From a virus: 64,000 nt of DNA. Below are positions 46,880 to 57,209 of the stretch, piece after piece; position 1 is the stretch's first letter; every line of letters starts with the position of its first letter. The notes under the pieces are model-generated. The model was not told the origin of the DNA. It saw only the letters and a list, made by a program, of their open reading frames with translations, and ran no database searches. A program made the position numbers and the translations under genes. The stretch is from IMG/VR virus record IMGVR_UViG_3300009285_001996. One strand, given 5' to 3'.

Positions 46880-48617
46880 ATTTTGTATTGAAAATATTCC
46901 ATTAGATGATACAGATACCTACAAACTGTTAGGTGAAGGTAGAACATATGGAATTTTTCAGTTAGAGTCGCCATTAGGTCGCCACTGGTCAAAACAATTG
47001 TTACCAACTAGCATAAGTGATTTAGGCGCTTTAATCGCCATCTTACGCCCTGGTGCATTAAAGGCTTTATCAACAGATTTTCAAGGAAAAGATATAAATA
47101 ATGATAGAGATTTAGTAGAAATGGCTGTCTGTAAAGACATAGTAAAACGCAATGGTAATAATTATATTTTTGATAGAAAAACATTTGATGATGAAAATTC
47201 TTTATTGGAAGATAGTGGCAGACGAGAAAAAATTACTAAAAAAGTAACGACAGCCTACACCAAAAGTATGACTCAAAGGTTTTGTGACCGCAAGAATAAT
47301 AGGGAAGAAACAACGTATATAGATAAGTCTCTTGAACCAATATTAAAAGATACTTATGGTCAATTGATATATCAAGAGGGTGCTTTACAAATAGCTAGAG
47401 ATATTGCTGGGTTTACATTAGAGGACGGAGAATTGCTTAGAAAAAGTATTGGAAAAAAGCTGCCTAAATTAATGGCTGAATTAAAGGATAAATTTATTGA
47501 AGGTTGTTTGCGTGTTAATAAAGTTAATAAAGAAATAGCAGAAGAAATATTTGGATGGATACAAGAGTCTCAAAAATATTCGTTCAACCAATCACATAGT
47601 ATATCATATTCAATAACCACATATCATACAGCATATTGTAAAACACATTACCCCTTGCAATTCTATTGCGCATACCTCCAAGGTTCCGCTGGTAAAATCG
47701 ACAAGCACGAAGAAGTAAAGGCTTTATATGCGGACGCTAAACAATCGGGAATCGAGGTTAAATTACCAGATTTACGCCACAAACAGGTACTAGCCTATAT
47801 TAAGAACGACAAAGTATATTTTGGGCTATCTGATATAAAATTCGTGGGCGTTTCCGCCCTAAATAGTATTTTACAATCAATAACCGAAATAGAAAATAAA
47901 TTAGAGCAGGAAGTGTGCAACTGGTCGTGGACAAATTATTTAATACACTTTTCCGACAATATAGCCAGTGACACAAATAAAGCCCTAATTAGTGCGGGCG
48001 CTCTTGACTACCTTGGCGTACAACGTCAACAAATGCTCTACGAATATGACACTTGGAATTTGCTGACTAAAAAAGAGAAACAATACATTAAAGAGGGCAG
48101 ACAATATACCGATTTGTCAAATGCCCTTTTATTTTGTTCCCCCACTAAGAAAAATGGCGGTGGGTGCAACGGACAATCTAGGTCTAGCAAATTAACTGGA
48201 TTTATTCAGCAGTTAGCCCACCCTGAACATTCCTTGCAAGATACTCCTGATAAACTAGCATGGTTAGAAGAGAAATATTTAGGAGTGTCGTTAAGTTTTC
48301 GTAGATCGGACGTTGGTGCCCCCGAGAGTAACTTTAGTTGTGCCGAGTTCAACGACGGCGGCGGGAAAGAGTACGTTGTAATGGCGGTTGAAGTGGAAAA
48401 TGTTAAAAAAATTAAGACAAAGAATGGGGATAATCCAGGGGAGGACATGGCGATCTACACGGTTTCCGACAAAAGCGGTCAATTAGAGGGATGTGTCTGT
48501 TTTCCCGATGCCTGGCGAGAATTTGGGGCCATCATCTATGTTGGCAATTCATTGAAAATGCAGGGAAATAGGGGGCGGAAGGGGGGGTTTATTCTGGAAA
48601 AATGCTGGGAAATCTAG
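46872..48617 (+). CDS. dnaE: DNA polymerase III alpha, C-terminal part (fingers, HhH, OB)
   Basis: IPLDD..GIFQLES, LRPG, TYGQLIYQE, YSFNQSHS, FGLSDIKFVG, C-terminal OB fold. Confidence 0.9.
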   Translation: MSKFCIENIPLDDTDTYKLLGEGRTYGIFQLESPLGRHWSKQLLPTSISDLGALIAILRPGALKALSTDFQGKDINNDRDLVEMAVCKDIVKRNGNNYIFDRKTFDDENSLLEDSGRREKITKKVTTAYTKSMTQRFCDRKNNREETTYIDKSLEPILKDTYGQLIYQEGALQIARDIAGFTLEDGELLRKSIGKKLPKLMAELKDKFIEGCLRVNKVNKEIAEEIFGWIQESQKYSFNQSHSISYSITTYHTAYCKTHYPLQFYCAYLQGSAGKIDKHEEVKALYADAKQSGIEVKLPDLRHKQVLAYIKNDKVYFGLSDIKFVGVSALNSILQSITEIENKLEQEVCNWSWTNYLIHFSDNIASDTNKALISAGALDYLGVQRQQMLYEYDTWNLLTKKEKQYIKEGRQYTDLSNALLFCSPTKKNGGGCNGQSRSSKLTGFIQQLAHPEHSLQDTPDKLAWLEEKYLGVSLSFRRSDVGAPESNFSCAEFNDGGGKEYVVMAVEVENVKKIKTKNGDNPGEDMAIYTVSDKSGQLEGCVCFPDAWREFGAIIYVGNSLKMQGNRGRKGGFILEKCWEI

Positions 48618-48647
48618 CCCAACGGGGGGTTTTCCGCAAAATCCACA

Positions 48648-48676
48648 TTGACTATACCGTCCGCAAACGCTATAAT
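48648..48676 (+). promoter_or_regulatory. sigma70-type promoter
   Basis: TTGACT, 17-bp spacer, TATAAT; upstream AAAATCCAC resembles AAAGTCCAC at the 158 promoter. Confidence 0.75.
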
Positions 48677-48687
48677 ACTGGTAGATT

Positions 48688-49182
48688 GTGGTGAATAATA
48701 CTGATATATTGGAAGTGCCAATGGACGAACTATTATTAGTGCGGGAATTTCTTAAAGAAAATGACTATTGTATTATAGCAGAGATTACCGATCACGGTTG
48801 TATAGTTGTTTTTCCAGTTAGCTTGGATATGGACGATGAATTTTATGAATATGTAATTGAGGACGGCAAGTTAAATGGAGTGGAATACCCAAAGTACGCA
48901 ATCCGCCCATTTATTCTCTCTGCCATATTCCGCCGTGCTACCCTAATGATGTATGACCCCGACGCCATATCTTTTAATGTTGACGATGATGAAGTGTGTG
49001 AGGGGCGTTTTATGGACTCTATTCTTATTGATTTAACCGATGAAGAATTAACTAAGGAAGCCTCTCTGGTTTGGTTAATAACAGAATGTGTACGGGATGG
49101 TTTTACTAGAGCTAACTATAAAACTGCTAAGAAGCGTAAAATTGTAGAGGGGTACAACATAATAAAAGAATTGTTCGTCTAG
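48688..49182 (+). CDS. hypothetical acidic protein
   Basis: ORF downstream of the promoter. Confidence 0.55.
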   Translation: MVNNTDILEVPMDELLLVREFLKENDYCIIAEITDHGCIVVFPVSLDMDDEFYEYVIEDGKLNGVEYPKYAIRPFILSAIFRRATLMMYDPDAISFNVDDDEVCEGRFMDSILIDLTDEELTKEASLVWLITECVRDGFTRANYKTAKKRKIVEGYNIIKELFV

Positions 49183-49236
49183 TTCATATCGTAGAGTTTG
49201 GCATTATTTATTTATTATAACTTGGGAGGCTTGATA

Positions 49237-49590
49237 ATGAACAAATGTCATTTTATTGGTCGTTTTACACTGGACCCAGAAGTAGAGAAGATCGTCAACG
49301 ATAATGATAGGGAAACCTCAGTGGTGAACTTCACGTTGGCAATAAACAGGCGGTTTCGCAAAAATAATGGTGAAATTGGTAAAAACGTTGTATATCTAGA
49401 CTTTGAGGCTTGGGATAGTGGGGCCGAGGTAATATGTAAAAACTTTAGGGCTGGTGACGCTATTATAGTCCATGCGTCCGCCAGAAGTACCCCCATTGAA
49501 GCATACGACGGCAGTAATGTTAATAAGGTGACTTTCAGAGTAGAAGAATTTAGTTTTCCCAGTGAACAAAATCTTGTTACAAGAGATTAG
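49237..49590 (+). CDS. ssb: second single-stranded DNA-binding protein (no acidic tail)
   Basis: MNKCHFIGRFTLDPE..NFTLAINR..DFEAWDSGAE OB fold. Confidence 0.8.
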   Translation: MNKCHFIGRFTLDPEVEKIVNDNDRETSVVNFTLAINRRFRKNNGEIGKNVVYLDFEAWDSGAEVICKNFRAGDAIIVHASARSTPIEAYDGSNVNKVTFRVEEFSFPSEQNLVTRD

Positions 49591-49610
49591 TTATAGATAA
49601 ATCTATTATT

Positions 49611-51314
49611 ATGGGCGATAAATTAAATATACTTTGGGTGGGCGAATTCTCGTTATTGAACACGGGCTACTCGGTCTACGCGAGAGAATTATTATCCAGA
49701 TTATATCAAACAAACAAGTTTCACCTAAATGAACTAGCATGTTACGGCGAGCCAGGCGACCCTAAACAATTTGATGTACCGTGGACTGTTTACGGCAATT
49801 TACCACCAAGATATTTTTTACCACCAAACGAGCAAGAAGAACAAACATATAAAAGTAATCCAATAAATCAATTCGGAGAATGGAGGTTTAATGAGGTGGC
49901 GTTAGACTGTAGGGCAGATGTAGTTATTTCTGTAACTGATCCGTGGATGAATTCATATCAGGGTCTTTCACCCTACCGTCGTCTTTTCCATCAAGTTATG
50001 ATGCCCACACTGGATTCCGTACACCAATCTGAGCATATGTTAGCTCAATATATACAAGCTGATGGTTTGCTGGCTTATGAGAATTTTGGCAGGGAGGTTA
50101 TAGAAAATGAGAGCGGAGGAACCTGTAAAGTGTTTGATATTGCTCCTATGGGCGCAAACGAACTTTTTAAGCCAGTGTTAAATAAGAGGGAGCATAAACA
50201 GATACTTGGACTAGACCCCACCAGTATTGTAATTGGCACGACAATGAGGAACCAGAAGAGGAAACTCTTCCCTGACCTTATACAAAGTTTTGCTGTATTA
50301 GTTGATAAAAATAAGGATATAGCCAATAATTTATATTTATACTTACACACTTCATATCCAGACCTTTCCTGCTTTAATATTCCACAGTTAATAAGAGAAA
50401 GTGGGGTCGGAAATAAGATATACTTTACTTATATATGTAAACATTGTGGATATTTTCAACCGACACTCTGGAGAGATTGTCGTGCGTATTGTCCAAGATG
50501 TGGTAAATTTGCGTTAGGAATGGCAGACACGCAGAAGGGAGCGACAACCGAACAGTTAGCCGCTGTATATAATTTGTTTGATGTTTATGTACAATATAGT
50601 TTAGTAGAAGGCTTTGGTGCCCCGATGGTCGAGGCGGCATCTTGCGGAGTTCCTGTTTTTGGTCCAAACTATTCCGCCACAGCAAGCGTTGTTAGCAGGT
50701 TAGGAGGAACGCTTATTGACATCGACAGATATTTCTATGAACCAGAAACGTCATTTACCAGAAGTTATCCATCGAATAATAACTTAATTGCTAAACTATC
50801 AGATTTTATCCATCTCCCAGAGCAAATTCGTTTGCGTAAAGGTCGCCAATCCCACCTTCTTGCTAAACAACACTATGACTGGGATAAGACGGCGGAAACG
50901 TGGATGAGATACCTAGATAATGTAAAAGTGGAAAATAAATGGGGTTTACCCCCCCGTTTACACCAACCCAATCTTAACGTCCCACAATTACCCTCTATCG
51001 AAATGTTCTTACAATGGTGTATAGCTAATGTGTTGGGAGAACCCGAAAAGGGCGACTCGTATTTTGCAACAAAACTAGCCCGCGATCTCAACTATGGAGC
51101 CACAATATATAACGCGGGCGGTCCCTGTGCCGATGATATGTCTCACACAAGCGAAATACCCACCTATAAACCATTCGGACCCAAAGAGCTAGTTAATTAT
51201 TTAGCATTTTTGTGCGAACGCCGTAATAGATATGAACTTATGAGGGTGAATTACGACAAAGTGGAAAAGCCAGCGTTTATTCAGTTGAAAAAGGTTGACG
51301 ATAAAAACCTATAA
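49611..51314 (+). CDS. GT-B glycosyltransferase with Zn-ribbon insertion
   Basis: TGYSVY, RNQKRK, CKHC..CPRC, EGFGAPMVEAASCGVP. Confidence 0.85.
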   Translation: MGDKLNILWVGEFSLLNTGYSVYARELLSRLYQTNKFHLNELACYGEPGDPKQFDVPWTVYGNLPPRYFLPPNEQEEQTYKSNPINQFGEWRFNEVALDCRADVVISVTDPWMNSYQGLSPYRRLFHQVMMPTLDSVHQSEHMLAQYIQADGLLAYENFGREVIENESGGTCKVFDIAPMGANELFKPVLNKREHKQILGLDPTSIVIGTTMRNQKRKLFPDLIQSFAVLVDKNKDIANNLYLYLHTSYPDLSCFNIPQLIRESGVGNKIYFTYICKHCGYFQPTLWRDCRAYCPRCGKFALGMADTQKGATTEQLAAVYNLFDVYVQYSLVEGFGAPMVEAASCGVPVFGPNYSATASVVSRLGGTLIDIDRYFYEPETSFTRSYPSNNNLIAKLSDFIHLPEQIRLRKGRQSHLLAKQHYDWDKTAETWMRYLDNVKVENKWGLPPRLHQPNLNVPQLPSIEMFLQWCIANVLGEPEKGDSYFATKLARDLNYGATIYNAGGPCADDMSHTSEIPTYKPFGPKELVNYLAFLCERRNRYELMRVNYDKVEKPAFIQLKKVDDKNL

Positions 51315-51537
51315 AAAAGGAGAGTGTTTATGCTTATTCAGTGGTACAAATTTGATGAAACAGCCCGTATTTTTGAGCACGATAACTCAATGATGTTGTG
51401 TGAATTTCCTTATGTAAAATCAGTAGATGTTCTCAATAATAAAATACTACAGTTGGGGGTCCGTCGTCGTGGAAAGTGGCAAAAGACCGAATGGGGTTAC
51501 GAGGCTAAATTGCGCAAGAAATAAGTAGGAGATATAT

Positions 51538-51921
51538 ATGGGAATTGTTAATAAGTTGAAAACTCTAGTTTTCCGCACAACCAAACCCCAAAACCCGACT
51601 ACCTTAACCGAGTGTTTCCCTGCTTTACTAACCCTACTAGACGACAGCACCGTCAACCAAATAAGGGATTGTACAGAGGACGAAATGCCCTCGTGGCACT
51701 TTTCTTTGGGAATGTGGTTAAGAAATAATTGGGGGTTGTGGCAAGATTCTCCGCTTAAACGGTGGTTTGAGTCAAAAGGAATTTATCACGCAGACGATAT
51801 GAGTGGGATTATTTTAGACTCATTTTGGCGTCACTTACATGGAAAACCAATCGAGTTAGAATCACAAATTAAGTATTATCAAGATTATTGGGATAGGCAG
51901 GAGAAGTCTAGTGCTGACTAA
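51538..51921 (+). CDS. conserved hypothetical protein (DUF6794-like)
   Basis: HFSLGMWLRNNWGLW..GIYHADDMSGIIL. Confidence 0.65.
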   Translation: MGIVNKLKTLVFRTTKPQNPTTLTECFPALLTLLDDSTVNQIRDCTEDEMPSWHFSLGMWLRNNWGLWQDSPLKRWFESKGIYHADDMSGIILDSFWRHLHGKPIELESQIKYYQDYWDRQEKSSAD

Positions 51922-52114
51922 AGAGGAAGCCGAAAACTGGGTGTGGGATAAAATCGAAAACGGAATGTCGTCGGTGAGGAAAGAGTATAGGGAAAAATTT
52001 GGAATAGGCGAAATAGCCGAAGATATGTGGGACAAAAACACAACATTTCAATACGGCATTGAGTACGGTATGTTAATCGCTATAGCTAAAATTTATGGAG
52101 AACTAATTAAATGA
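51911..52114 (+). CDS. hypothetical protein
   Basis: AGGAG RBS. Confidence 0.5.
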   Translation: MLTKEEAENWVWDKIENGMSSVRKEYREKFGIGEIAEDMWDKNTTFQYGIEYGMLIAIAKIYGELIK

Positions 52115-52368
52115 AAAAAATTAGTATTGTGCTACTCGAACGCGATATTCACCCAAAAGGGTACACCCTATTATCTCTTCCGACAGAAAAAGACATATGG
52201 GAAAAGATATTTGAGGTGTGTGTTAAAGAAAATTACCAATATTTACATCATTTTGTATTAGAGGGGTGGGAAGAAGACGAGTCTTTACCAAAATACGAAT
52301 CCCCAAGCGGACCTATACCTTGTGGTAAATACACTTATTATGTTGAAATTTATGCGCAGGAGAAATAA
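52111..52368 (+). CDS. hypothetical protein
   Basis: Coupled ORF. Confidence 0.5.
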   Translation: MKKISIVLLERDIHPKGYTLLSLPTEKDIWEKIFEVCVKENYQYLHHFVLEGWEEDESLPKYESPSGPIPCGKYTYYVEIYAQEK

Positions 52369-52369
52369 G

Positions 52370-52738
52370 ATGAGTAATAAAAAGAGAATTTATACCTGCT
52401 GCCCACATGAAGGTTGTGGCGGCTTTCAAGAAACCCTATCTTTTCTACATAGATTTGGCATTGAGGCGGCTCCACAACTAGATGATGACGGACACTACCT
52501 AGAGTTTTCCCTGCCAAAAAAGTGGTCGTTAGCCAAACGGCGTAATTTTAATATAAAACTAAACGACCGTATTAAGATAGGGGATGATGATGGACTTTTG
52601 TGTGATATGTGTAAAACATATATGTTTAATGGTTTAATAACCTTTAAATGTGAATGTGGTAATGAGTTCACGGCCTGTAATGAATGTTTTGAAAAGAAAA
52701 CCGTTCGTTGTATAAATTGTGGTGGAGGAATGGAATGA
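52370..52738 (+). CDS. hypothetical Cys-rich protein
   Basis: Multiple CxxC motifs. Confidence 0.55.
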   Translation: MSNKKRIYTCCPHEGCGGFQETLSFLHRFGIEAAPQLDDDGHYLEFSLPKKWSLAKRRNFNIKLNDRIKIGDDDGLLCDMCKTYMFNGLITFKCECGNEFTACNECFEKKTVRCINCGGGME

Positions 52739-53880
52739 AGGTTCTATTTATTGGTGTCTATAGAGATAATACGGGCTACGCACACGCATCCCAGAGCTAT
52801 CTATTGGCTATGGACGCGGCTGGTATTGAGGTAGTGCCACGATGCCTTAAACTTAACAATGTACAAGGTGAAGTGCCAGCCCGTATACTTGAATTAGAAA
52901 AACAGTCAGATAAAGACTGTAATGTGTGTATTCAATGTTGTTTGCCCCATCAATGGGATTATAGTGGACACTTCTCCAAAAATGTTGGCATCTTCTTTTG
53001 GGAAACTAGCCATTTCAGAAATTCACCGTGGGCAGAACATATCAACTTAATGGACGAGGTTTGGGTGTGTTGTGAGCAAAACGTGTTCGCCGCCCGCAAT
53101 AGTAATGTAAATGTACCAACACACATAATTCCCATTCCTTGCGACATAAATAAGTACCACCAACAATATGAGCGGTTAAACATACCAGAGTCAAACGACA
53201 AATTTGTCTTTTATTATATAGGTGAGGCCAACACTCGTAAAAACCTTCCTGCTTTACTAAAGGCTTTCCATTCAGAATTTCACCCGCACGAGAATGTAGT
53301 ATTGTGTTTAAAGGTTAATATGCCCGGAATGTCGCCACAGGACTGTGCAAAAAATGTGCAGGAAATGTGTATGAGGGTGAAGTCTGGATTAAAAATTTAT
53401 TCCAATCTAGAAAACTATCATAAAGATGTAATCATTACCGCGAACATGACAGAATTGGAAATTATGAGATTACACCATACTTGTGATTGTTATGTACAGC
53501 CATCATTCGGGGAAGCATGGGGTCAACCCTCGTTTGACGCAATGGCAATGGGTAAGACTCCACTCATTACCTCCAAAACTGGAATGTGCGACTGGGTGGA
53601 GAAAATAGATGATGATCCAGACCAAACCCCAATAACTGGCGGAATTGTAGTACCATCCCACGAAGTGCCCGTATTTGGTATGGTAGACACCTTTGATAAT
53701 CTTTACTGCGGAAATGAAAAATGGCAGGAGATTTCAGTGGTTGAATTACGACGGCATATGCGTAGTATATATGAAAAACCTGAATACAGAGAGCAGCTAT
53801 CCAATAATGGCGTAGATTTAGCACATGATTATAGTTATGAGAAGATTGGACAGAAAATCAAGGATATACTAACGGTGTAG
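52735..53880 (+). CDS. glycosyltransferase family 4
   Basis: TGYAHA, RKNLPALLKAF, PSFGEAWGQPSFDAMAMGK. Confidence 0.88.
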   Translation: MKVLFIGVYRDNTGYAHASQSYLLAMDAAGIEVVPRCLKLNNVQGEVPARILELEKQSDKDCNVCIQCCLPHQWDYSGHFSKNVGIFFWETSHFRNSPWAEHINLMDEVWVCCEQNVFAARNSNVNVPTHIIPIPCDINKYHQQYERLNIPESNDKFVFYYIGEANTRKNLPALLKAFHSEFHPHENVVLCLKVNMPGMSPQDCAKNVQEMCMRVKSGLKIYSNLENYHKDVIITANMTELEIMRLHHTCDCYVQPSFGEAWGQPSFDAMAMGKTPLITSKTGMCDWVEKIDDDPDQTPITGGIVVPSHEVPVFGMVDTFDNLYCGNEKWQEISVVELRRHMRSIYEKPEYREQLSNNGVDLAHDYSYEKIGQKIKDILTV

Positions 53881-53883
53881 AAT

Positions 53884-54213
53884 ATGAAAAAGATATATTT
53901 AGCTACCCCTTATTCTGATTCAGACCCAGCCGTAATGGAGGCTAGATTTGAAGCCGTAACCCGCAAGGCTGGACAAATTATAAACTGGGGCTATATAGTT
54001 TATTCCCCAGTTACTTCTTGCCATCCAGTAGCGGTTAGGTGTTCGCTCCCAAGAGGATTTGATTATTGGCAACAATTTGACGAAACATTTATCGAATGGT
54101 GCGACGAATTATGGGTATTACAATTAGATGGTTGGCGAGAATCGGTTGGGGTAAAGGCGGAAGTAAAAATAGCAGAAAAACTACACAAACCAGCGGTATA
54201 CATAAATGTGTGA
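53884..54213 (+). CDS. DUF1937 / nucleoside 2-deoxyribosyltransferase-like protein
   Basis: IYLATPYS, VYSPV..H, CDELWVL..W.ES.GV..E. Confidence 0.75.
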   Translation: MKKIYLATPYSDSDPAVMEARFEAVTRKAGQIINWGYIVYSPVTSCHPVAVRCSLPRGFDYWQQFDETFIEWCDELWVLQLDGWRESVGVKAEVKIAEKLHKPAVYINV

Positions 54214-54787
54214 TAATTTGTTGAATATTTTTTCCGAAGGCTGGGAAAGTGGCATTTCGGACGGAACGGCTTGCGGATATGGCTCTACTAAAGAACACAC
54301 TCGTAATATAGTGGCTAAATTAGATAAATTATTTAGTATATATGAAGAATGTGGAGAAGTATTAGTTATAAATGATGCTGGAGCGGGAGATTGCCATTGG
54401 ATAAAGGAATTAGTAGATAAATACGATAAATATGTAGACTATTTGGGTTATGATTATCACCCAAGATTGCCCAATATAATTAAATTGGATTTTTGCACTG
54501 AGTTAATGAGGCCGTGTAATGTTATTTTATGTCGAGATGTTTTTCAGCACTTACCAAATAGTATGATTATTTCGGCATTAAAAAACTTTAGACAAACCGC
54601 TAAATGGTTAATATCTACAACCTTTACTAATGATGATATAAATAACTATGATAGACCATATACCCCAGTAATGAAACACTCTAAGATGGATTTAAGACTG
54701 TTGCCGTTCGGGTTGGGCGAACCGCAAGGGTGGATTGAGGAAACCTACACATCGAAGTTTTTGGCCGTATGGGTGTTACAACCATGA
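54206..54787 (+). CDS. class I SAM-dependent methyltransferase
   Basis: CGYGS, INDAGAGDCHW, ILCRDVFQHL. Confidence 0.8.
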   Translation: MCDNLLNIFSEGWESGISDGTACGYGSTKEHTRNIVAKLDKLFSIYEECGEVLVINDAGAGDCHWIKELVDKYDKYVDYLGYDYHPRLPNIIKLDFCTELMRPCNVILCRDVFQHLPNSMIISALKNFRQTAKWLISTTFTNDDINNYDRPYTPVMKHSKMDLRLLPFGLGEPQGWIEETYTSKFLAVWVLQP

Positions 54788-55185
54788 AAAATTATACGCA
54801 AGAAGAACTAGACCATATTAAAAAAGAATTGTCACAAGGCTTAAACCCTTGGGGATTCGACCAATTAGCCCGAGTTCAATTTTATTTAGAAGTCCAGTGC
54901 GGGATGTTGGATGATCCAGAAGATAAAAAGCCAGAATGGTCAAAACTGCCAGAAGAATACTTGTGTTATGGGGATAGAGTAAAGATAATTTGGCAGGGAA
55001 GTTATGAAGGTATGGAAGATTACGGATATATAACGGCAATTCCTAGTTATGAAGATTCTTGGGACATGGCTGGTTTGATACACATACCGCAGCCTTGGTG
55101 CGAAAAGGGCGGGGCGGAACCAGAGTGGATAACATTATGGGAGTTGGTCACTAATTCTTATGTACAAAAGATTGTGAAGTTATGA
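54784..55185 (+). CDS. hypothetical protein
   Basis: ATGA coupling. Confidence 0.55.
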   Translation: MKNYTQEELDHIKKELSQGLNPWGFDQLARVQFYLEVQCGMLDDPEDKKPEWSKLPEEYLCYGDRVKIIWQGSYEGMEDYGYITAIPSYEDSWDMAGLIHIPQPWCEKGGAEPEWITLWELVTNSYVQKIVKL

Positions 55186-55493
55186 CAGACCACCTTAAAA
55201 TTTGTGCAGACAAATCTTGTAGAATAAAAAGCGTAGATGTTATTCCACCCCCTCTTCGTTGGGAGTATGGCAACAAGGGCGAGTATCCAGAATATCCGCT
55301 ATTCCCAGTGGTGACAGATATTATTGTAAGATACTTGTGTGGCTTAGTTAGAATATATAATGGTTTTAATGCCAATATAACAATGATAGCCGCTACGCCC
55401 CCTTTTGATTGGGAAAAACTTTTAGAAAAAGAAGAATTTGTTCTACAAAAAACAAAATTTGTACTATCACAAGAATATTATAAATCAGCATAA
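55182..55493 (+). CDS. hypothetical protein
   Basis: Coupled ORF. Confidence 0.45.
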   Translation: MTDHLKICADKSCRIKSVDVIPPPLRWEYGNKGEYPEYPLFPVVTDIIVRYLCGLVRIYNGFNANITMIAATPPFDWEKLLEKEEFVLQKTKFVLSQEYYKSA

Positions 55494-56512
55494 TGGCTAA
55501 TTCACTACAAACAATAATTAGAGGGGCTACCCGTAAAGACGATGCCCCACTCAATATAATAAGTTTTTGTACTCACGAGGCTTACCAAAATAACCTAGCT
55601 TATACAAACTCTCGGTTTTATCTTTTTAGAGCCCCAGACCAAGGAGTCAAGGAATGGGATAGTACATATAGACCAGTTCCAAACGGAACCATTCTCTTGA
55701 ACCCAACCCTCAAGGGTAAACAGTTATTGGATTATGTAGACTACGACTTGGTTTTGGAACAAAATAAGGGGTGTCAATATAATATTGCAAAACAAATTTC
55801 CACCCAATTACAAATCCCCCTAATTTCCCTAACTCACTTCCTGCCTCCTCCGACATACAAACCATCAAACTTCCGCCAATATAAACTAGCCAAAGCGGAT
55901 TACAACGTATTTATTACGGATTATAATAGGAGAGCGTGGGGTTATAAGCAGGAAGAATCGGTGGTAATATATCACGGTATCGACACTGAATTTTTCAAAC
56001 CAGATGAAAGTATAGAGAGACAGGACCACGCCTTAGTAGTAGTGAACGATTTTATTGGACGAGGCACATTTGTAGGGTTTGAGCCGTTCTGTCAAATTAC
56101 TGGCTATCCTAATAATAGTTTTGTTAAATTTAAGGCTTTGGGGAATACACCTGGATTTTCCACACCAGCTAAAGATCACAACGAGTTATTGATGAGTTAT
56201 AGACAATGCGGCGTCTTTCTGAATACGTCGTTAATTTCGCCAATTCCAATGGTTCTTTTAGAGTCAGCCTCTTGTGGATGCCCCATAGTGTCCAGCCTAA
56301 ATTGTGCAATCCCAAATATTTTTACGCACAAACATGATGCTCTACTATCAAATAATCCAGACGAATTACGCTCTTATTGTCAACAGTTATTACAAGATAA
56401 GGATATGGCAAGGGAATTAGGGGAGAATGCTAGAAAGACCATATTGGAGAAATTTACGCTAGAACGATTTGTTAATGACTGGAATAGCTTATTTAGGAGG
56501 GCGGTTTCCTAA
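55493..56512 (+). CDS. glycosyltransferase family 4
   Basis: HGIDTEFF, PMVLLESASCGCPIVS, LGENARKTI..F..ERF. Confidence 0.85.
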   Translation: MANSLQTIIRGATRKDDAPLNIISFCTHEAYQNNLAYTNSRFYLFRAPDQGVKEWDSTYRPVPNGTILLNPTLKGKQLLDYVDYDLVLEQNKGCQYNIAKQISTQLQIPLISLTHFLPPPTYKPSNFRQYKLAKADYNVFITDYNRRAWGYKQEESVVIYHGIDTEFFKPDESIERQDHALVVVNDFIGRGTFVGFEPFCQITGYPNNSFVKFKALGNTPGFSTPAKDHNELLMSYRQCGVFLNTSLISPIPMVLLESASCGCPIVSSLNCAIPNIFTHKHDALLSNNPDELRSYCQQLLQDKDMARELGENARKTILEKFTLERFVNDWNSLFRRAVS

Positions 56513-56775
56513 TGGGAAGTTTTGTATATGACTATTACTACATTACTAATTACAAGGAATATAATATGAGCGTAGCCGAAAAACTAGCCCAATTGAAAGA
56601 AATTCTGGAGTTTTATGCTAACGGAGATAATCTAAAGGTGTTTAGTGGTATATTCCCGTTCACCAAAGTTATCGAAGATATTGATGAGGGAGAGGCGGCG
56701 GAAGATGGTTTATTGTTAGTGGAAGAGATTATAGAAATGTTAGGCGTAGACCAAGTTGATGATCCTGATTATTAG
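56512..56775 (+). CDS. hypothetical acidic protein
   Basis: ORF; the start may be ATG 56566. Confidence 0.5.
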   Translation: MGSFVYDYYYITNYKEYNMSVAEKLAQLKEILEFYANGDNLKVFSGIFPFTKVIEDIDEGEAAEDGLLLVEEIIEMLGVDQVDDPDY

Positions 56776-56800
56776 TGGAATTTGCGGACTATTAGTATGA

Positions 56801-57073
56801 AACCATATCTTAGCCGCTGGTAAAAATTTCGCCTCATTCGACAGACCATTTTTGCTTAAATTACCAAAATTTAGTGAGTATATTACATTTAACCACAGAT
56901 CAATCGACCCAGCAATGTTCTATTATAATCCAGCCGTTGATAAGGATGGACCGCCATCGACTAAGGTTTGTATGGAAAGAACGGGAATTGCAGGAGAAGT
57001 AGCCCATAATGCAATAGACGATGCGTTAGTTGTGTGTAAACTAATCAGACACCACTTTAATATACCATTTTAG
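56801..57073 (+). pseudogene. C-terminal fragment of a DEDDh exonuclease
   Basis: Frame reads AAGKNFASFDRPFL...HNAIDDA (Exo II/III) but follows an in-frame TGA and lacks Exo I. Confidence 0.6.
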
Positions 57074-57209
57074 GGGTTTAAAATATGAAATTATACATAA
57101 ATCAATACATAATAGATGTGAACGAAAATGACGAAGAAGCACTACTAGAAATACATGATGAATTACAAACTTCTATAGAGGAAGTAGAAGACGCATTGGA
57201 GTATCTAAG

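Noticed and set aside
46100-46950. Split intein at the DnaE break
   Set aside because: There is no N-intein (C/S start) or C-intein (HN-C/S/T) motif at either junction.
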